From Phaeosaccion multiseriatum (lineage: Eukaryota > Protista > Ochrophyta, other classes), in assembly GCA_965112735.1 (NCBI GenBank), contig OZ218963.1, positions 3,224,001 through 3,288,000 on the forward strand: DNA of 64,000 nucleotides, given 5' to 3'. Made by a program: the position numbers and the translations under genes. A model generated the notes under the pieces. That model worked only from the letters and a program-made list of their open reading frames with translations. It was not told the DNA's origin and did no database searches. Position 1 is the first letter of the stretch; each line of letters starts with the position of its first letter. Positions 1 through 12,705 of this stretch are shown piece by piece.

Positions 1-903
1 GGGACCCCATCTGGCACTACGCACACGTCACCGCCTTCGTGCTGGCACAGTAAGTCAACCACAAATCACAATCGCCACCAAGCACACTACTGTCTGTGTG
101 TGATCCTTTTGTTATTTGGGGGCACAGGGGGGGTGGTGCTGAGCTTATGGACACGGAAGGTTGCGCTCACACATGTGTACAGATTGAACTCCAACAGTAG
201 TGTGCGCGCTTTACGATCAAGCGGCACTCACTATGTGTCTCAAAAACTGTCTTTACTCTCCCCCCCCCCCCCCCACGTTTCTACTCCTGCTCCTAACCCC
301 CTTTCCCTGTCCTCCTCCTCCTCCTCCCCTGCCTTCTTCTTCTTCTTCTTCTTCTTCTTCTTCTTCTTCTTCTTCTTCTTCTTCTTCTTCTTCTTCTTCT
401 TCTTCTTCTTCTTCTTCTCTGTTTCCGTCTCCTCCTCCCCCTCTGCCTCCTCCTCTTCCCAGGCTGAGTCCGCGCAAGTACGGCCTGCTGGCCGCTGCGC
501 ACAACAAGTTCACCGTGGATCCCAACTACTTCCTTCCCTCCGACCCTTCCCGCCTCGATCACTCGCGATGCTGCTCCATCCCTATCTGCCAGGACCTTTG
601 TCGGAGAATCACGATCGCCAATCCCGTCTTCTCCAACTCGGTACGTTCGAACACAGATTCACAGGCAAGTTGATAAGTTGGTACATTGGATACACCTACT
701 CTTTTGCCCTGTTGATCATCCCTCCCCCGCGTTCCTCCCCCACCCGCCGTCTCGTCTTTTTGATCCCAGCAACAAAGCCCCGTACTCTTTGAAGTCCCGG
801 GGCAGCAGCAGCAGCAGCAGCAACAACAACCACCACCACAGCAGCAGCAGCAACAACAACAACAACCACCACAGCAGCAGCAGCAGCAGTGGGAGTTGGC
901 AAC

Positions 904-954
<51 letters not shown>

Positions 955-1069
955 TCAACCAGCACCACAGCAGCAGCAGCAGCCAGTGGAGGACATATGG
1001 GGCTTACCTGCGCAGCAACAGCCGGTGGGGGTGGGGGGTGGGGATTGGGGGTACCAGGACAAGAGATAG
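1..1069 (+). CDS. 3' end of a spliced gene of unknown function with a Gln-rich C-terminus (partial)
   Basis: Exon DPIWHYAHVTAFVLA(Q) ends at GTAAGT (50). It joins in phase to exon 463-640 (LSPRKYGLLAAAHNKF...NPVFSNS), then a probable last exon from about 770 (QQSPVLFEVPG-polyQ...DKR*). An alternative acceptor would end the CDS at 1181. Confidence 0.5.
334..418 (+). repeat. (TTC)n microsatellite in intron
   Basis: Directly visible; it produces the poly-F/S/E/R ORF artefacts. Confidence 0.95.
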
Positions 1070-1558
1070 CATCAGGAGGGATCAGACCTCACGAGCGGCA
1101 CTACGAAGGTCTAGGCCACGAGCAGTAGCAGGAGCAGCAGCAGCAGCAGCACAGCAGCAGCGGCGGCTACGGCAGCAGTAGCAGCAGCAGCGTTGGCAGT
1201 GTTTCAGCAGTGGAGGCCTTGATATTGGAAATCACTAATTGCAGCATCTTGATTTATAGCTGAGCGACAGCAGAGGAGAAGTGACCCAACTTGGCCTGGA
1301 CAAAAACTAAATTTTTACACTCCAGAGAGAAGTAATCATAAGGCCTGGACATACAAAAAAATTCCACTTTGATTTATTAACACTCATTTTGCGTAAGAAT
1401 CGCCCACATGGCCCGTTCTTTTAGGGATCGGGCGGCAAGGGGGAGTGCTCTTGCAGAAATGCCGACAAGTAGGGAAGGGGAAAGGGATGAAAGCCGAAAG
1501 ACTATGGCTGGATAGTCTATGTGTAAAGTTCCAATCAATCAATTGATCCATCAGTCAA

Positions 1559-4500
1559 TCAGCCTTTCCATCGCACCAGTGTTAGACCGTCCCTCAAGGG
1601 AAGCACGACGATCTCTACCCGAGGATCGGCGTTGATGTGGTCATTGAAGTCCGCAAGGCTCTCGGCGATTCTTCTCCGCCTCTTCACTCGTTTGGCCAGG
1701 ATTTTGTCCTCCTTTCCTCCTCCCCCTCCGCCTGCTCCTGCCTCTGCTCCTACTGCTGCTGCCGATGCTACTGTTGTTGTTGTTGCTGCTGCCGATGCTA
1801 CTGTTGTTGCTGCTGATACTCCTTCAACTTCAAGCCCTCCTACCTCGCTCAGTGCTTCACCACTGCTGCTACTGCTGCTGCTGCTACTGCCAATCTGGCT
1901 TGCCTCCTCGCTCCTCTCGTGCTCCACTTCCAGAACTTCCCCATGAAACATGACATTGTCCACCAGCAAGAGGCCCTTCTTGCTCAACAAGCGATTGTCC
2001 ATTATCGTGTCGTAGTATGTCCGGTACATGCGCTTGTCTCCGTCGATAAAGACGATATCAAAGGGTTGCTCTCCTCCCTCGACCATACCCTGAAGCGTGT
2101 CCATCGCCGGTCCAAGCTCGACACGTATTCTGCCGCCGTACTCGCTCTCATCGAAGAAACGCTGCGCAAAAGCGGCACTTCGCGGATCAATCTCGCACGT
2201 AACGACTTGTTGGTCCCTCCTCTCGTGCTTCCTCTGACCCGACGTACCAGCGAGGCTGTCGAGGCCCTCAGTCGTCGAGGTCGTAGTCGAACTAAGGCCC
2301 TCCGCAAAGCACAGCGCACTGTAGCCTGTAAAACAGCCAATCTCCAAGACTCTTTGGGCACCGAGCAGTTTCGTCAAGAGCGTGAGAAGCCGCCCTTGGA
2401 GGTGACCCGCAAGCATATGGGCCGCCGATGAGTACTCCTCGGATGTCTCCTTCCTGTGTTCCCGTGTACATTCAGTCAGAGGTAAGTAAGTACGTAAGTA
2501 AGTAAAGTAAGTAAGGACACCCTGGGGGGGCGGGGGAGCGGAGGGCAAAGCACTCCGCCATGCTTAATACAAACGCACCGCAAACGGAAGAAGTTGGGTT
2601 TCACATGTACCCAACTAACTCATGGTAGTGCTCTTCACCTCCCCACCCTCCCAAGAAGCGTCCAATTGACACGTGACACTCTCAACCCCACTCTCTAACA
2701 TTCATGGAGTAGGCACAGAAGCTTCGATATCGACTCCGTTTATGGTGTTCGATATTGACAAGGTCACACAAATCTCGCGCACTCACCGCAGTCGTGCGAG
2801 GAGGGCTGGCTCCTCACTGGACTTGTCAGAGGCATACCGCTCCATGAGCTCATCCATCTTGCGATTGAGGCCTGCGTTCTGAAACCGCTGCGGTACCACC
2901 TCCCACTGCTCCTGCTGCTGTATCACTAACTGCTCCTGCTGCTGCTGCTGCTGCAGCTGCGCGTCCTCGCTACTGTGGGGAGGAGTATCCGTAGTGGCGG
3001 TGGCCGCAGTACCCGCAGAAATTGGCTGTACCACATTGGCGATGTTCGGCGTTAGGGTAGCGCGTGTTGTGGAAGGCGCGGTGAACACCCCCCCCGGGGA
3101 CAGTCCACCACCTGTTGCTGGTGCTGCTCCTGCTGCTGCCCCACTCGCTGCCGTGTCACCAGCTGCTACTGCTGCGCGCATGATTTGGCAGCCTTTGCTG
3201 CAACAGCCGTCGTACTTTTGACCACAGGCTGAGCATTGTATGAATCTGACGTGACAGCGTTCGTTACGACAATTTACCTGAGAGCGCATCACAATTAGAT
3301 GAAGAAAAAAGTCGTTCGTTACTCCACACACACGCCGATCGTTACTCCACACACACGCCGACCGCCGAAACCCACAACGCATGCACAAACACTGTCGTTT
3401 CCGCACTGCCAAAAGCCTTCTCTCTCCGCCCAACCATACACTACTCTCTCTGTACAGTACCAAATGTGTCAAGTCACTCTTTCTGCTTTTTGGGCTCTCC
3501 TTGATCTACTCACATGGTCGTCGTTGGGGGTCCCACATTGATCACAATTGGAGAGCACGTCTTGAGTAATTCTCTCTCCCATTCGATTGTCAAACACGTA
3601 GTTCTTTCCCTTGAACTTGCTGGTGGTGCCCCCCTCCTCTTGCAGCTTGCTGACATACCTGGCGAGTCAAGAGGACAGGAGGACACTCGTGTTTAGAAAG
3701 TCACCACCACCCACCACCTGCCGTCCGTATGGAACATGGGTGGGGGTACATGGAAGCCCTCGAGTAACTACGCACTAAGAAAGTAACTATACACAAACAA
3801 AGACCTCTATATATACCTCGTCTGGCGCGCGACTTGCGAGCGTCGGAACGCCGCTTGCCGACGTAACGAAACACTCCAATTGCTCCACACCACCCGCTAG
3901 TCGGACCTCCGTCATGACTCACCTGGCGTACTTTATGATGCCCCCATTGAGGCGCTTGACGTTGGTGAAGCCCATCTCCTGCTCCAGATAGGCGGCAATC
4001 TTGACGCACCGAATTCCCCCGGTGCAGTACGTGAGCACTGGGCGGTCCTTGGGTGTGTCTCGGAGGGATTGCCGTAAGGAGTCCCAAGACTCGCGGAAGA
4101 AGGAGGTGTCTAGTGGAACGGCTGTGCCGAGGGAGGGGGAGGAGCGGGCGGGGGTGGAAAAATCCATGTGGAGAGGGAAGGGAAGCAGGGGAGGAGGGGG
4201 GGGCGAGAGGGTGCGCATGGATGGGTGGCACGAAACGCCACACCAGAAGTTCGTCAGTCTTGAGACATTCGGTTGTTCGTCCAAGCAATTAGTCAGTCAG
4301 TCAGTCAATCAATCAAATCGGATGTGTGGGTGCGGACAGTCAATCAGTCAAGTCAGACCACCAGTGCTGCGTGACCCCGAATACATAACGTTACGTACCC
4401 GTGTCAAAAATGCCAACATCCGTTTCGTAAGTGTTTCTACAGTCTAGAACAACGGTGTCGTCCCTGTCCACCATCTCGTGCCAAGCGTCGGGCTCCATGC

Positions 4501-7161
4501 CCTCTCCAATGTTGGAGTCGAATTGCAGCGCCGTTGTGACTGGGTCCAACCCGTCCGAGACGATTTGGTGCCGCATCCGAACATGCAGGTTGGAAAAGGG
4601 CCTTGTGGTTGTGACCATCGGGGACATGCGTGTAGTGTATGTACGTAGGTAAGGAAAATGCAAGTCTTGGATTGGGTTCCGCCTTCATTTTGCAGACCCA
4701 CCACATGGGACGACACGTCAAGAGGACCCACCCACTGCCATCGCTCTATGGCACTCTATGGCACTTACCTCCTCGAGTTGAACTTGTCCCGACTCCAGAC
4801 CTCAGTGTCCTGCCCGCATGTGAGGGGGCGCAGAAAGGCACAATGACGAGGGGGGGTTCAGCGCGATACCCTATCCCCTTAAAACTTGTTTCAAATTCAG
4901 TGAGTGCACGCGTCCGCCCGCCCTTCCCACCGGAGAGAGAAAGACAGGGACAGAGAGAGAGAGACACACACACAAAGAGAGAGAGAGAAAGAGAGCCCTC
5001 TCGACCCCCCCCCCCACACACACGCAAGGTTCCTTTCCTTCTCACCTTGTTGATGTAAACGCCCTGCAGCTTCTCGACGGAGTCCACAGCCAGCTTAAAG
5101 TGATCCATCACTTGGAGAGGTACGCTCATTTGGGCATTGATGCCCTCGTGGGCTACATACACCCTCCCAAACACTCCCAGCGGCCTCCACAGCATCTGCA
5201 GCATCAGACTGAACGTCTCTGGATCATCGATCGGCACAAATCTGATGGGGAGGGGAGAGGGGAGGGTGGGGGGGCGGGCGAATGCCTGAGCACGGTGAGG
5301 TACAGCTGTGGCGAGAGAGAGTGGAGAGGGAGAGGAGAGAGGGAGGGAGAGAGGAGAGAGAGAGAGAGAGAGGAGAGAGGGAGAGAGAGAGAAGAGAGGG
5401 AGAGAGAGGAGAGAGGGAGAGAGAGAGGAGAGAGGGAGAGAGAGGAGAGAGGCAGAGAGAGAGGAGAGCGGGAGAGGAGAGAGGGAGAGGAGAGGGAGAG
5501 AGAGGAGAGAGGGAGGAGAGAGAGAGAGGAGAGAGGGAGAGAGGGAGGAGAGAGAGGAGAGAGAGGAGAGAGGGAGAGAGAGGAGAGAGGGAGAGAGGGA
5601 GGAGAGAGGGAGAGAGAGAAGAGAGGGAGAGGAGAGAGGAGAGAGGGAGAGGAGAGAGGGGGTAGGAGGGAGAGGGAGAGGAAGAGTAACGAGTCTCGGA
5701 CGGGCCAGAGAATCACTCACCTGTAGAAGGAAATCATCTGCCACTGATCCGGGTCCTCTACGTCGGGAAGATTCTGCAAATAAGGCGGAACTTCATCCTC
5801 CGGGATATCGGGGTGAATGTCGAGGAATATGTAAAGGTCCTTGCCCTCCGTCTCCTTCAATGAAGGCAAAAGGAGAGGGGCGGGGGAGGGCATATGGACA
5901 GTCAGGCCCAGGAAGGACAGCACGGGGGGAAGAATTGCAAGAGCCCAGAGACTATAAACTTTGTTCATCATATGTATCACTCACCGCCCAGTGAAGCGCC
6001 TCTCGCATTCCGGCATCGTCTGTGAGCCGAGCCTTGTCCCCTTCCCGATCTGTCTTTACACTGCACGAGAAGGATAAGAGATACGGAGCAGAGAAAGTAC
6101 TCAGCGCAGAGCAAGCAGAGAAAAATGCCCAGAGCTAACCTTCTCAGCCTTCTTTGTGGGCTAGCTTCTTTTCCAACAAGGAAGACTGCGACCCCATCCC
6201 CCTGACTCTCTGAAGTATTAGTGCCCTTACCTGAGAACAAACGGTAAACCTTTGAGCGGAAAGGCCTCAGTGATCGCCTCGCTGATGGTTTCCAGCAATC
6301 CTTCCTCCCGTTGTAGGTCCTCTTGTGAAACAAACACTCTGGACCTCTTCTCCCGACCCTTTAGTCGGAGGCGCGCTCGCAACTCCGGAGAAGCGATGAC
6401 CTGTATTTGGCCACATCGGCACCCAAAGAGTCAAAAGGCCGAGAGCGAGAGCAGTATGAGGAAACAGGGTGCAAGTCGCCAGGGAAATCGCAGGCATGAC
6501 GGCCCTTCCAAAGCCCTGACCTTGAGCGGCGTCAGGTCCTTCGACTCCATTTCTTGCTTGATACTGAGGTTTCTCTCCCGAAGGCGCTTGCCGTTCTCCT
6601 TCCTCCTTTCCCTCCCGCCTTCCTGCTGTTGCCTGAGCAATTCTTGCTGCGCTGTCTCCATCAAGGAGGGCAGACGGCGAGGTATACCAGCATTCTCCCT
6701 CCGTGCTACAGTCGTTGTCGCCTCCGTGAGAGCAGTGCCGGTGGCAGTAGGGCCACTGCCCCTGCTGATAGTATCATCACTATTTCTGCCGGCATCGTCG
6801 AGACTACTACTGCTGCTGCTGGTGGTGCTTCTCCTTCTACTTGAGTGGCTCCTTCCCCAATCCTGGGCATGGAGCAAAGAGGGCGGAGGCGAGAGGTTGG
6901 GAACGAGCGACGGCCTCAACCCCAAGCAACACTGGAGCCACCCAGCTCTTCACCGAGTCACGCACATGCACTCTCTCATCAGTAAGCCACGTTCTTCTTA
7001 ACCTTCCTCTCTCCTCCCTTCATCACCTTGGTGATCCTTGGTTGATGCTGCTGCAGCTTTGCCAGCTGAGGCGCGTTGAAGGCGTAGGCAGCAGCAGAGG
7101 CAGACAGCAGCAGCAGAATAGTTGCAGCTCTATTGGCTCTGATTCCACAGCAAGTAATCAT
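1559..7161 (-). CDS. Plastid-targeted fusion of a TrhO/YceA-type (UPF0176) rhodanese tRNA-U34 hydroxylase and a class I (CCoAOMT/TrmR-family) O-methyltransferase, multi-exon
   Basis: N-terminus MITCCGIRANRAATILLLLSASAAAYAF (signal peptide + AF). TrhO motifs: MISFYRFVPIDDP, GRVYVAHEGINAQ, VVLDCRNTYETDVGIF, YCTGGIRCVK, LNGGIIKY, FKGKNYVFDNRM and the Cys-rich CDQCG...VNCRNERCHVRFIQCSAC...CCSKGC. OMT motifs: QGRLLTLL, RVLEIGCFTGYSAL, FDIVFIDGDK, GLLLVDNVMFHG, VVLPLRDGLTLVR. Last intron 2786-2454 is GT-AG and in phase. Confidence 0.88.
5314..5685. repeat. About 370-bp almost pure purine (GA-rich) low-complexity tract in an intron of the TrhO-OMT gene
   Basis: Degenerate GGAGAGAG(G) units; pyrimidine-rich on the sense strand. 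Confidence 0.9.
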
Positions 7162-7743
7162 GTGGGGGAAAAAATTAGAGGAGAAGATGGGATTGAAGGG
7201 AGGGGGCAGTTGCAGTTTCAGACCATTAGATTTCCTTTCGTCCTGCTTTTTCGCTCTGTCTTTCCTCCTTTTAGTGTCCACACACACTGACAATGTTCAG
7301 AGCCGGTGTAGGCGTCAGCCGGGTGAGTGAAAACGGTCTTCTTTGCTCTTTTTGGGACATCTCATAGCCCCTTCTCGCTCTTCTGCTGACAGACTGCGAG
7401 CCTGCTGCGCTCACAGGCAGCTCGGACCACGATAACGCGCGGAACGCTATCGGCAGCGGAGGCGGCCGCGGCCTACGGAGAAGAGAGTACGTCAGAGTAC
7501 AAGGGGTGTGAAGGGAAAGAGAGACGACAGCAGCAAAGATGAGAGGGAGGGGAAGAGGCGACGGGCAAGGATAGGCGGCTCTGCGTGGGAAGGAGAGGAG
7601 GGGAATACGGTCACTATACCTCTATACGACCCACTCTGTCATTCAGCCGTTCCCCTCGCTTCCTTTCCCGCTTCATCCGTGTCTCGCGTCCTCTCCTCCT
7701 CCTTCTCACCTCCTCAGAACAAACCGTCGAAGAGGCTTGGAAA

Positions 7744-9365
7744 ATGAGTTGGTGAGTTTTTTGCTCTGAGTCTCTCATCTCATCATGTCTGCTCTCGGCT
7801 CCTCGTGCTTGCCCTCATCTCCTCATGCTTGCTCTCTCTCTCTCGTTTTTCCTCGACTCTTGTCTCTCAAACCCCCTCTGTGTTCCCCTCCCTCCCCCCT
7901 TCTCCCTCCTTATATCTCTGCCCCCCTCTCCCCTCTCTCTCCCACGAAGCTACTATAACATGGACTACACGATCAAACAAGACGCAACTGTATACGAGGC
8001 AATCCAGCGTCTCGCAGCGTACAACGTGGGCTGCCTCCTGGTGACCTCTCCAGACGACGATAAGAAGCTCACCGGAGTCTTCTCCGAACGAGACTACTGC
8101 TGCAAGGTAGGTATGGCTCAGTTGACTCATGCGTTTGGGGTTTTGGAGCAGCGTGCCACAGAGTCGGGGGAGCCGACGACTGGGGCTGCTGTACCACCAA
8201 CTGCTGCGCGCCCCCACCCTTTTCGTGCTCCTTAAATGCTTAAGCGTCACATCTCTCATCATTTTCCATCCAGCTTCTCTTGTCCCTTCCTTCCTTCCTC
8301 CTCCCATCCCACTCCTCCTGCCCTCCCCCTGTCCCTTCTTTCCATCTTCCTCTCTCCTTCCGCCTCACATCCCTCTGGGGGTGGTGTGTTTACTTTTATC
8401 TCCCACCTCTTCCTACCTACCTACCTATCTACTTTCCTACTAACCCACCTACCTCCCTTACTTGCCTCCTTACCCCCCCACACACTCAAATCTACCGCAA
8501 GGTGGCATTGCACGGCCGAAACTCGAAGGAAACCCTCGTGTCAGACTGTTGGACTCCGGTGTCAAAATTGGTCAGCGTAGACGAGAAAGACACTGTGGAC
8601 GTATGCGTTGAGAAGATGCTGTCTGCCGATATCCGCCACCTTCCAGTGCTGGACAGCACCTCTGGAAAGATCTACGGTTTGCTAAGGTACGTAGCATCAT
8701 TTCGTATATATATTATTATACTCATCTCTTTCCTTTGGTCTTACGTATTCCTCGTTGACCTCTGGGTTCGGCTCCAAATTTCGTCAACGTTATCCCCACC
8801 TCTGATGGCGCCAGCTTTGTCGGCTTTTTGCTCTCTCCCCTCCCCCCCCCAACCCCCCCCCCACGGGCTCCCGCCCCTGCCCGTTGGTGGGGAAATGGTC
8901 TTGTTTGCTGTTGTTTGATGCGGGCGGTGACTGCTGGACTTTTATCTGCCCTGCTTGACCGCACTAACAGCATAAAGGACTTGGTGAAGGTGAGGGAAGT
9001 AAATGAAGTGATGTGCCACGACCAACCAACACTGGCCAACACTGTGGGTTGCGGGGGTATAGCCTTTGGTAGCAGCTCTCGTATGAATCCATGTGCAGTA
9101 AGTTGTGAGTGGTCGGAGTTCCTTTTTTTTCTCTATCCTTTTGTCACTTGCTGGCGTACTCTCTTGAGCAACACCTCGGCTTTACTGTACCCTCACTGTC
9201 CCTTCACTGTCCTCACTGTCCCTTCACTGTACCCTCACTGTCCCCTCACTGCCCCCTCACCGTCCCCTCACTGCCCCCTCACTGTCCTCGTGTCCTGAAA
9301 CTGAAAAGGTCTATACCTCCGAGAAGGACGCGCTCATGGCCAAAGTCTTCGGAGCAGCGATTTGA
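7744..9365 (+). CDS. CBS-domain pair protein (CBSX3-like), multi-exon
   Basis: Exons YTIKQDATVYEAIQRLAAYNVGCLLV...GVFSERDYCCK / VALHGRNSKETLVSD...VEKMLSADIRHLPVLD...IYGLL / SIKDLVK / VYTSEKDALMAKVFGAAI*. The start (ATGAGTTG|gtgagt) is inferred. Confidence 0.85.
9183..9288 (+). repeat. 11-12 bp minisatellite (CTCACTGTCCC-like) in the last CBS intron
   Basis: About 9 degenerate copies visible. Confidence 0.85.
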
Positions 9366-10363
9366 AGTGACTGGGCTGCGGAGGATCAGATCAAATAGGA
9401 TAGTATGTGATCATCGAGCTATTGGTCACGGAGCTGTTGGTAGCGTCGAGGAGGGACGATGGCCAACAGGGGCTCCATCCCTTGCGTCACGCACTGCACA
9501 CGTCACTTTGGGTAGAGTAGTGGGGAAGAACAAGTGGCGCACATGGAAGCCTCTTTGGGTCTAAGCAGGAACAAATGGAGGGTGATTTGTGTACCGTGCG
9601 TGCATCCGTGCGCGTCGCTTCTCTGTCGTCTCGCGGCTTCACATCGCATCACGCAGAGAGCAGCACTACCGACAGTCGAGCATGCAGCAAGCGTTACGAG
9701 CGTCACCCCATCAAGGGGCGTAAGAATCAACACGCTGGAGATGAGGCAGGCAGGCTCTGCAAGGAGTCACCCTCTGCGACCAAGAAGACACCAGACATCA
9801 TATGGGAAGGGACGAAAGACACGTGGTGCTCAATCGGCGATGGTCGAGACAGAGTGCAAAAGCAGCAGCAAAGCTGTAGATTTGTTGATGGTATACATAG
9901 CTGGATGCTGAGGTCAGCAGATACTGGCAAAAAGGGCCCCCGTAACTCAAAGACTACCAATCCTTCACCAGCCAAAAGCTTTACCTGACCGTCTGCAAGA
10001 GAATAGAAGGACCTGGAAGTGGTTGGTGGCTTTGTGATGTACACTGCTGCGGCAGGCTGCGACTGCTATTCACGCCCCATCCGCCTCCTCTCCCCTCCCC
10101 TCCTCTCCCCTGGTCTCAGCATCGAACCTCTGGAAACGCACCCTCACTGGCTGCCTGCATGGCAAGCCTAACACAAACGTCATGGCGATACCTTCCTACT
10201 CGTCCGTACGAGTCTGATCATCTCACCTTGTCCATCCCGCGAGAACGAGCCGTTGCCCTTCAAACACTAGGCGTCCCACTGCTGGCGAGTTTCGTACAGC
10301 TGACAGCACTTCTCTTGTAGAAAACAAGTCAGGCCTCGGCTGGTCATGTTACTTACATAACCG

Positions 10364-12705
10364 TCAATCAACGCTCTTTGCCAGCTCTCCGCGCTCTATT
10401 TTGCCCACAGTCTCCTTCAGTAGCTCCACCATTCGATCGTTCTCCTCGGGCGTGCCCACTGTGGTTCTCAGGCAGTCCTTGCAGTGGAGTTCACTACCCC
10501 TGTAGCGCACCACCACCCCTGCCTCTGCCATGTGCTTGTAGACTGCGTGGGCATGCTCAAGCTCAAAGAGGAAGAAGTTGGAGTCGCTCTCTAGCACCTG
10601 GAGAGGACGGAAGGAGAAGGGCAGGAGGAGGAGGAGGAGGAGGAGGAGGAGGAGGAGGAGGAGGAGGAGGAGGAGACAGGTGGATACGGGAAGCACATCA
10701 TCAGGAAGGCACCGCACGCAAACGGACAAAGCAAGGGCAGAGCTTGTCAGAGCCAAAACTAAGGCGAAGACTCTCTCGCTTGTGTCTGGTGACTGAACGC
10801 TCGCCCAACTCACCCGCTTGACGAATGGCAGCTCTCGCAGGCTGTTCTGTAGCCTCGTCTTTTCTCCGAGAATGAGGGATAATCGCTGCTTATACAGCGC
10901 CAGGTCAGAGAGCGCGTGACACGCTAGTGCCTGGGAGAGTCGATTGACGTTGTAGGGCGCCTTGACATTGTTCATATATTGGACAATGTCCTTGTTTGCC
11001 ATGGCCATGCCCATCCTGAGGGGTGGGAGAGGCAGGGAGGGAGGCAGGGAGAGGGGCGAGAGCGAGAAGGAGCAACGGCAGGTCTTCTGAGGGCGGGGGG
11101 GGGGGGCGGAAGAGATTTCACTATCTCTGTGTGAAGAAAGGGTTGTTTGTTTGTTACACATAGACAGACAAAACTGTGGATCGATGGCTCTTGGATAAAT
11201 TAAAGTGTGCTATGTGTGCGGTCGGCGGTAAAACAATCTCCCTTCTTACTACCTTTTGCGTCTTTCCGGAGGGGAGCAATATAGACAAGAGGAAGAGGTC
11301 TGGACGACAGGGGAAGTGTAGTTGACTGTGTGTGTGCGTGTATGTGTGTGAGTGGGTGCGATTTCCCTCCCCATCTCGTACTGACCGAATCGCCGCCATT
11401 CCAAACGCCTTGGAGAGGGTCTGAAGTACCACAAGCCGCGGCAATTCGTCGATGAGGGTGCATGCGCTGGGTTGCTCAGCGAAGTCGATGTACGCCTCGT
11501 CGCATACCAGAATGCCTGGGTAGCCCCCTGCGTTCCAACCGACCCCACGATTGGCAGTAGGAGAGGGAGTGAAGGCGAGCAGTAGGAGCGGCAGGAGTGG
11601 GAGAAGCAGAAGCAGGAGAGAGAGAGAGTTAAGAGCGACCAGGAGGCACATGTTGGGCGAGAAGAAGAGCGACCAGGGCGCACATGCTGGGGGAGAAGAG
11701 GGAGAAGGAACGAGGGGGAGGAACAGGAACAGGAAGAAGAGGAGGAGAACCTGAAGGAGGAGGAGGAGGAGGAGGAGGAGGAGGAGGAGGAGGAGATGAG
11801 AAGGAGGACGTGGCGGAAGAGGAGGAGGAGGAGGAGAAGGAGAAGAAGAAGGAAGAAGAAGAAGAAGAAGAAGAAGAAGAAGAAGAAGAAGAAGAAGAAG
11901 AAGAAGAAGAAGAAGAAGAAGAAGAAGAAGAAGAAGAAGAAGAAGAAGAAGAAGAAGAAGAAGAAGAAGAAGAAGAAGAAGAAGAAGAAGAAGAAGAAGA
12001 AGAAGAGATTGAGGAATGCGGAGCTCACTAACAGACGGCATACAGTGCAATAGCCTACTAAGAGCGGAGACGCTCCCTCCTTGGTCCCCTCTCTCTCTCC
12101 CTCGTTCACTGCTTACCGTCGAAAATGGCCCGTATAGTGTCCAAAGGTATGCATTTGCCCGTGGGATTGCCCGGCGAGCAAAAAAAGAGGAGCTTGGTGG
12201 ACGAGGTCACAGCTGCAAGCACATCCTCCACCACCACATCGAAGTCGGAGGTGAGTGGGACGGTCTGAATGGCCACGTCATTGACCTTGGCGCACACCTT
12301 GTACATTCCGTACGTGGGTGGGGTTATCAAGATACTGTCTCCGCCTTCTCCGGGCTTGCAAAACACCCTCATGAGCAGGTCGATGGCTTCGTCGCTACCC
12401 ACCCCGACAAAGATCTGTTCTGGCCGCACGCCCCGCAGCTTGCACAGGAGGTCCTTCACATCCGTCTGGTACGGGTCCGGGTAGCGATTGAGCTCCAGCC
12501 CCGAGGGGTCAAAGAGTTCCTTCACCTTGTCCAGATCGAGACTAGGGCCGTAGCTGTTTTCATTGGCGTCGAGAAGCACTCCATTGCTGTAATCATCCCT
12601 GGCACACCGATATGGAGTCAGGGCCTGGATGTTTGGTCGGACAAGGTGCTGTAGCTGCTTGCCCGGCTCATCAGAAGTGTCCGCACTCACTCCCGCTGTC
12701 GTCTG
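10364..12705 (-). CDS. HIS5: Histidinol-phosphate aminotransferase, multi-exon; 5' end unresolved (may extend to about 12940)
   Basis: LVRPNIQALTPYRCARDDY, LLDANEN, LNRYPDP, GVGSDEAIDLL, PPTYGMY, CSPGNPTG, DEAYIDF, TLSKAFGMAAIR (PLP lysine), KAPYNVN, SDSNFFL, LRTTVGTPEEN. Confidence 0.95.
11755..12006. repeat. (GGA)n and long (GAA)n microsatellites in a HisC intron
   Basis: Directly visible; reads TCC/TTC on the sense strand. Confidence 0.95.

Noticed and set aside
1290-1352. Two GGCCTGGACA motifs and AGTAATCA resembling the TIR family
   Set aside because: They are direct rather than inverted, with no TSD or array; too degenerate to support.
3316-3361. 23-bp tandem duplication in an intron
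   Set aside because: Ordinary slippage duplication with no further structure.
9400-10360. Short ORFs between the CBS and HisC genes
   Set aside because: No recognisable domain or consistent splice structure; probably UTR or intergenic DNA.
100-12109. Long poly-F/L/E/K/R and ER-rich ORFs in the ORF track
   Set aside because: They are translations of intronic microsatellites or antisense frames.
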